From NCBI GenBank assembly GCA_965217115.1, contig OZ244239.1, forward strand, positions 1,792,001 through 1,856,000: a stretch of 64,000 nucleotides of DNA, read 5' to 3'. The notes below the pieces were generated by a model. The model saw nothing but the letters and a program-made list of their open reading frames with translations, searched no databases and was not told the origin of the DNA. Made by a program: the position numbers and the translations under genes. Origin of the DNA: Bdellovibrionales bacterium. GTDB lineage: Bacteria > Bdellovibrionota > Bdellovibrionia > Bdellovibrionales > CAYMLA01. Each line of letters starts with the position of its first letter. The stretch's first letter is position 1. Shown in pieces: positions 60,388 through 64,000 of the stretch.

Positions 60388-60472
60388 GGAGGAGTGCCCG
60401 AGTGGTTAAAGGGGACGGACTGTAAATCCGTTGGCTCTGCCTACATAGGTTCAAATCCTATCTCCTCCACCA
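60388..60472 (+). tRNA. tRNA-Tyr(GTA)
   Basis: Long variable arm, loop CTGTAAA, CCA end. Confidence 0.97.
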
Positions 60473-60562
60473 TTTATTGAATTCATTATTTGGGTTGAGA
60501 ATTTTTTTTAGAGTGTCGGTTTTTAATTTTTTTAAGCGATGTTGTAAAAATAATTTTTTTGG

Positions 60563-60639
60563 GCGGGAGTAGCTCAATTGGCTAGAGTATTAGCCTTCCA
60601 AGCTGAGGGTTGCGAGTTCGAGTCTCGTCTCCCGCTCCA
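60563..60639 (+). tRNA. tRNA-Gly(TCC)
   Basis: Loop CTTCCAA, CCA end. Confidence 0.97.
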
Positions 60640-60674
60640 TTTTTTGGGTTGTCTGTAATAGTTAGTTTATAGAT

Positions 60675-60749
60675 GCCCATGTGGCTCAGTGGTAGAGCAC
60701 ACCCTTGGTAAGGGTGAGATCGCGGGTTCGATTCTCGCCATGGGCTCCA
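60675..60749 (+). tRNA. tRNA-Thr(GGT)
   Basis: Loop TTGGTAA, CCA end. Confidence 0.97.
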
Positions 60750-60848
60750 TTGTTTGAGTTAGAGTTAGTTAAAGAAGAGTTTTAAATTTATTTTTTAATA
60801 TTAAAGTCCTCTAAAATTGAGGACAACATTTCAGAAGGAGTTTTAAGA

Positions 60849-62039
60849 ATGTCTAAAGAAAAGTTTAATCGAGAGAAGCCCCACGTTAACATCGGAACGA
60901 TTGGTCACGTTGATCATGGAAAGACGACTCTAACGGCAGCTATTTGTACGACTCTTGCTAAGTCAGGAGGGTCAGAGGCGATGGCTTATGATCAAATTGA
61001 TAAAGCGCCTGAAGAGCGTGAGCGTGGGATTACTATTTCAACAGCCCATGTTGAGTATGAAACGGCCAACCGCCATTATGCCCACGTTGATTGTCCAGGA
61101 CATGCGGATTATGTAAAAAACATGATCACTGGTGCGGCTCAAATGGATGGTGCTATTCTTGTTGTTTCGGCGGCAGATGGCCCTATGCCTCAAACCCGTG
61201 AGCATATTCTTTTGGCTCGTCAGGTGGGAGTTCCTGCAGTTGTTGTGTATATGAACAAGGCAGACCAAGTTGATGACGCAGAGCTTCTTGATCTTGTTGA
61301 GTTAGAGATTCGGGAGCTTCTCTCTAAGTATGAGTTTCCTGGCGACGATGTCCCTATTATTAAGGGTTCAGCATTGAAGGCCCTTGAGGGAGATGATTCT
61401 GATATTGGGATGAAGTCAGTTCACGCTTTGATGGCGTCAGTGGATGAGTATATCCCAACTCCTGAGCGTGATGTGGATAAGAAATTCTTGATGCCGATTG
61501 AGGATGTTTTCTCTATTTCTGGTCGTGGTACGGTTGTTACAGGTCGTGTTGAGCGTGGAATCGTGAAAGTCGGTGACGAGATTGAAATTGTTGGTATTCG
61601 CGACACAACCAAAACGATTGTGACGGGTATTGAAATGTTCCGTAAGCTTTTGGATGAGGGGCGCGCGGGGGATAACTGTGGTTGTCTGCTTCGTGGTACT
61701 AAGAAGGAAGAAGTGGAGCGTGGTCAAGTTTTGGCGATTCCAGGAACAATCAAGCCACATAAGAAGTTTAAGGCTGAAGCCTATATTTTGACCAAAGAAG
61801 AGGGTGGTCGTCACACGCCATTTTTTAATGGCTATCGTCCACAATTTTACTTTCGTACAACAGATGTAACTGGTGTTGTGACCCTCAAAGAAGGTGTCGA
61901 GATGGTGATGCCAGGTGACCGTATCGAGATGGAAGGTGATTTGATTGTTCCTATTGCCATGGAAAAAGAACTTCGCTTCGCTATCCGTGAAGGTGGTCGC
62001 ACAGTGGGAGCAGGTGTCGTGACGGAGATTGTTGGGTAA
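60849..62039 (+). CDS. tuf: Elongation factor Tu
   Basis: [29 protein letters not shown]. Confidence 0.99.
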   Translation: MSKEKFNREKPHVNIGTIGHVDHGKTTLTAAICTTLAKSGGSEAMAYDQIDKAPEERERGITISTAHVEYETANRHYAHVDCPGHADYVKNMITGAAQMDGAILVVSAADGPMPQTREHILLARQVGVPAVVVYMNKADQVDDAELLDLVELEIRELLSKYEFPGDDVPIIKGSALKALEGDDSDIGMKSVHALMASVDEYIPTPERDVDKKFLMPIEDVFSISGRGTVVTGRVERGIVKVGDEIEIVGIRDTTKTIVTGIEMFRKLLDEGRAGDNCGCLLRGTKKEEVERGQVLAIPGTIKPHKKFKAEAYILTKEEGGRHTPFFNGYRPQFYFRTTDVTGVVTLKEGVEMVMPGDRIEMEGDLIVPIAMEKELRFAIREGGRTVGAGVVTEIVG

Positions 62040-62177
62040 TAGTCTCAATATTTCTTAAATTATAGAGTTGACCTTTATTTGAGGGAGCCTTATGTTAGGC
62101 CCCCTTAGTTACATGGGGTTGTTTTGGTGCGTTTTTTGCTCTGTTGCTGAAAAAAATGTTACCTATTTTTTTTTTGC

Positions 62178-62254
62178 AGGGTAGTAGCTCTAATTGGTAG
62201 AGCGAATGACTCCAAATCATTAGGTTGGGGGTTCGAATCCCTCCTGCCCTGCCA
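62178..62254 (+). tRNA. tRNA-Trp(CCA)
   Basis: Loop CTCCAAA, CCA end. Confidence 0.96.
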
Positions 62255-62359
62255 TTTGTACTTTGCTTTGGCGTAGAGGCAGTGGGTATTTAGAGTTTGT
62301 TTAGTTTTAGTTAGTGATTTTAGTTAGTGATTAGAGTTATTTAGGTGAGGTGTCTTAAG

Positions 62360-62737
62360 ATGGATGATAGCAATAAAAAGATTCTCACAATAAGCTTTAT
62401 CATTGTGGCAGCTTTGACGGGCTTTGTGATTTCTGTGATTTTGGAGATTTTGTCGGCCACGTTTGGCATAGTGGTTAAAATGATGGACAGCGTGGCCCTT
62501 CGCCATGGAATACCTTGGACAGTGGCCTTTGTGACCTTTGCTGTTTTACAGTTTAACCCCAAGGTGATGACCTGGGGAGATCAGGTGGTCGGCGAGGTTA
62601 AAAAAGTAGTTTGGCCTTCTAAAAATGACACGACAGCAATGACAGTGGTGGTTTGTTTTGTATTGTTGTTATCGGGTTTGATTTTAGGCTCTTTTGATTT
62701 TATTTCTAGTTACCTTATCAATATAATGGTGAAGTAA
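62360..62737 (+). CDS. secE: Preprotein translocase SecE (multi-TM form)
   Basis: EVKKVVWPS motif; between tRNA-Trp and nusG. Confidence 0.92.
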   Translation: MDDSNKKILTISFIIVAALTGFVISVILEILSATFGIVVKMMDSVALRHGIPWTVAFVTFAVLQFNPKVMTWGDQVVGEVKKVVWPSKNDTTAMTVVVCFVLLLSGLILGSFDFISSYLINIMVK

Positions 62738-62739
62738 AG

Positions 62740-63276
62740 ATGTCAGACGATAAAAAATGGTACATAGTAAATGTTCAGACGAGTTGTGAGGCAATCGCAA
62801 AGACGTCTATTGAAAATAATGCTATTCGCAATGGAGTCGGAGATCAGATTGGCGATGTTTTAATTCCTAGTGAGTCAGTGATCGAGATGGTAAAAGGTCA
62901 AAAGAAAACCCGGTCACGCAAGTTTTTCCCAGGATATGTTTTTGTCAAAATGAATATGAGTGATGAGACTTGGCACTCGGTGAGAGGGTCGAATAAGGTC
63001 ACAGGTTTTGTGGGGTCAAAGATTCCTCCAATGGCAGTTCCAGAAGAAGAAGTGATGCGCGTGACAAAACAAATGGAAGAAGGGGCTGAGAAGCCCCGTC
63101 CTCGGATTAATTTTGAAGTTGGTGAGGATGTCATGGTGATTGATGGTCCGTTTAGTAACTTCACTGGTTCAGTGGAAAATATTAATGAGGATAAGGCGAA
63201 GGTGAAGGTTTTAGTGAGTATTTTTGGCCGCCCGACGCCCGTTGAATTGGATTTTACTCAGGTGAGAAAAGATTAG
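62740..63276 (+). CDS. nusG: Transcription factor NusG
   Basis: FFPGYV, DGPFSNF, SIFGRPTPVEL. Confidence 0.97.
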   Translation: MSDDKKWYIVNVQTSCEAIAKTSIENNAIRNGVGDQIGDVLIPSESVIEMVKGQKKTRSRKFFPGYVFVKMNMSDETWHSVRGSNKVTGFVGSKIPPMAVPEEEVMRVTKQMEEGAEKPRPRINFEVGEDVMVIDGPFSNFTGSVENINEDKAKVKVLVSIFGRPTPVELDFTQVRKD

Positions 63277-63349
63277 AATTTAAAAATAAGAGAAGTTTAA
63301 AGCGTAGAAGTTTTTAAATCTTTTGCGCCCTAAGTGATAGGAGTGGGAA

Positions 63350-63778
63350 ATGGTAAAAAAGGTAGCTGGAATGATTAAGCTACAGATACCGGCAGGGAAG
63401 GCAAATCCAGCGCCTCCCGTTGGACCGGCGCTCGGTCAGCATGGGGTCAACATAATGGATTTCTGTAAGCAGTTCAACGCCAAGACCCAGAAGATGGGCA
63501 ATACGGTTGTACCCGTGGTGATCACTGTTTATGCGGATCGGTCATTTGGCTTTATCACCAAGACGCCCCCGGCATCTGTTTTGTTGCAACAAGCGGCAAA
63601 GTTGAAAAAAGGATCTTCGATGCCCCAGAAGGACAAAGTGGGAAAAATCTCTCTGGCTGAAGTGACGAAGATTGCGGAGACAAAATTGCCTGATTTGAAT
63701 TGTCTCACTCTTGAGAGTGCCGTTTCTCAAGTGATAGGTACGGCTAAGAGTATGGGCCTCGAAGTTGAGGGAGTGTAG
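63350..63778 (+). CDS. rplK: 50S ribosomal protein L11
   Basis: [15 protein letters not shown]. Confidence 0.98.
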   Translation: MVKKVAGMIKLQIPAGKANPAPPVGPALGQHGVNIMDFCKQFNAKTQKMGNTVVPVVITVYADRSFGFITKTPPASVLLQQAAKLKKGSSMPQKDKVGKISLAEVTKIAETKLPDLNCLTLESAVSQVIGTAKSMGLEVEGV

Positions 63779-63782
63779 AGTT

Positions 63783-64000
63783 ATGGCGAGAGAAGCGAAG
63801 AGATTAAAAGATGCTCGATCTAAAATTGATAAACACACGAAGTACAGTGTAAGTGAAGCTTTTAAGTTGGTTGTCGAAGGTGCGACGGCGAAGTTTGATG
63901 AGTCTGTAGAGGTGGCGATGAATTTAGGTGTCGATCCTAAACAGTCAGATCAGCAGGTTCGTGGAGCGGTGTCTCTGCCCCATGGCTTGGGTAAAAAAAT
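63783..64000 (+). CDS. rplA: 50S ribosomal protein L1 (partial, runs off window)
   Basis: Translated by hand: ...[36 protein letters not shown]. Confidence 0.95.
   Translation, partial: MAREAKRLKDARSKIDKHTKYSVSEAFKLVVEGATAKFDESVEVAMNLGVDPKQSDQQVRGAVSLPHGLGKK

Noticed and set aside
61437..62048. 203-aa antisense ORF in tuf, and similar shadow ORFs in carB, proS, pyrG and pyrF/rlmB
   Set aside because: Antisense shadows of conserved genes
62040..62177. rpmG between tuf and tRNA-Trp
   Set aside because: Only ~138 bp and no L33-like ORF; absence at this position is not unusual

Overview
Bacterial chromosome segment, most likely from a Bdellovibrionota (Bdellovibrionales-like) predator. This is inferred from a TIGR02147-type HTH protein, an FHA-sigma54 activator, a complete Agl-Glt-type cluster between kdsD and lptCA-lptB-rpoN, and tandem lepB genes. 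Most of the window is housekeeping: M16 peptidase pair, nrdR/nusB, folE2, engB, kdsB-pyrG-kdsD, lptB-rpoN-hpf, metK, lepA-lepB-lepB-pyrB-carAB-proS-pyrF-rlmB, a tRNA cluster, and tuf-secE-nusG-rplK-rplA. There are two accessory regions. (1) 1-3.6 kb holds a regulator with two secreted proteins, a Pyr4/PaxB-like membrane terpene cyclase gene between direct repeats, and an IS3 remnant. (2) An ~8.5 kb tandem array (22.7-31.3 kb) lies between kdsD and the Agl-Glt cluster. It is built from a reiterated block: copy of the kdsD 3' end, a 117-nt imperfect palindrome and a G-rich 12-mer VNTR, adjoining a shared upstream region and signal-peptide module. All array genes are on the minus strand and appear to encode exported proteins. 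Unrelated mature proteins are fused to near-identical signal peptides, with identity ending at the predicted cleavage site. No recombinase or reverse transcriptase is visible in the window. All calls come from reading the sequence and translations; no searches were run.
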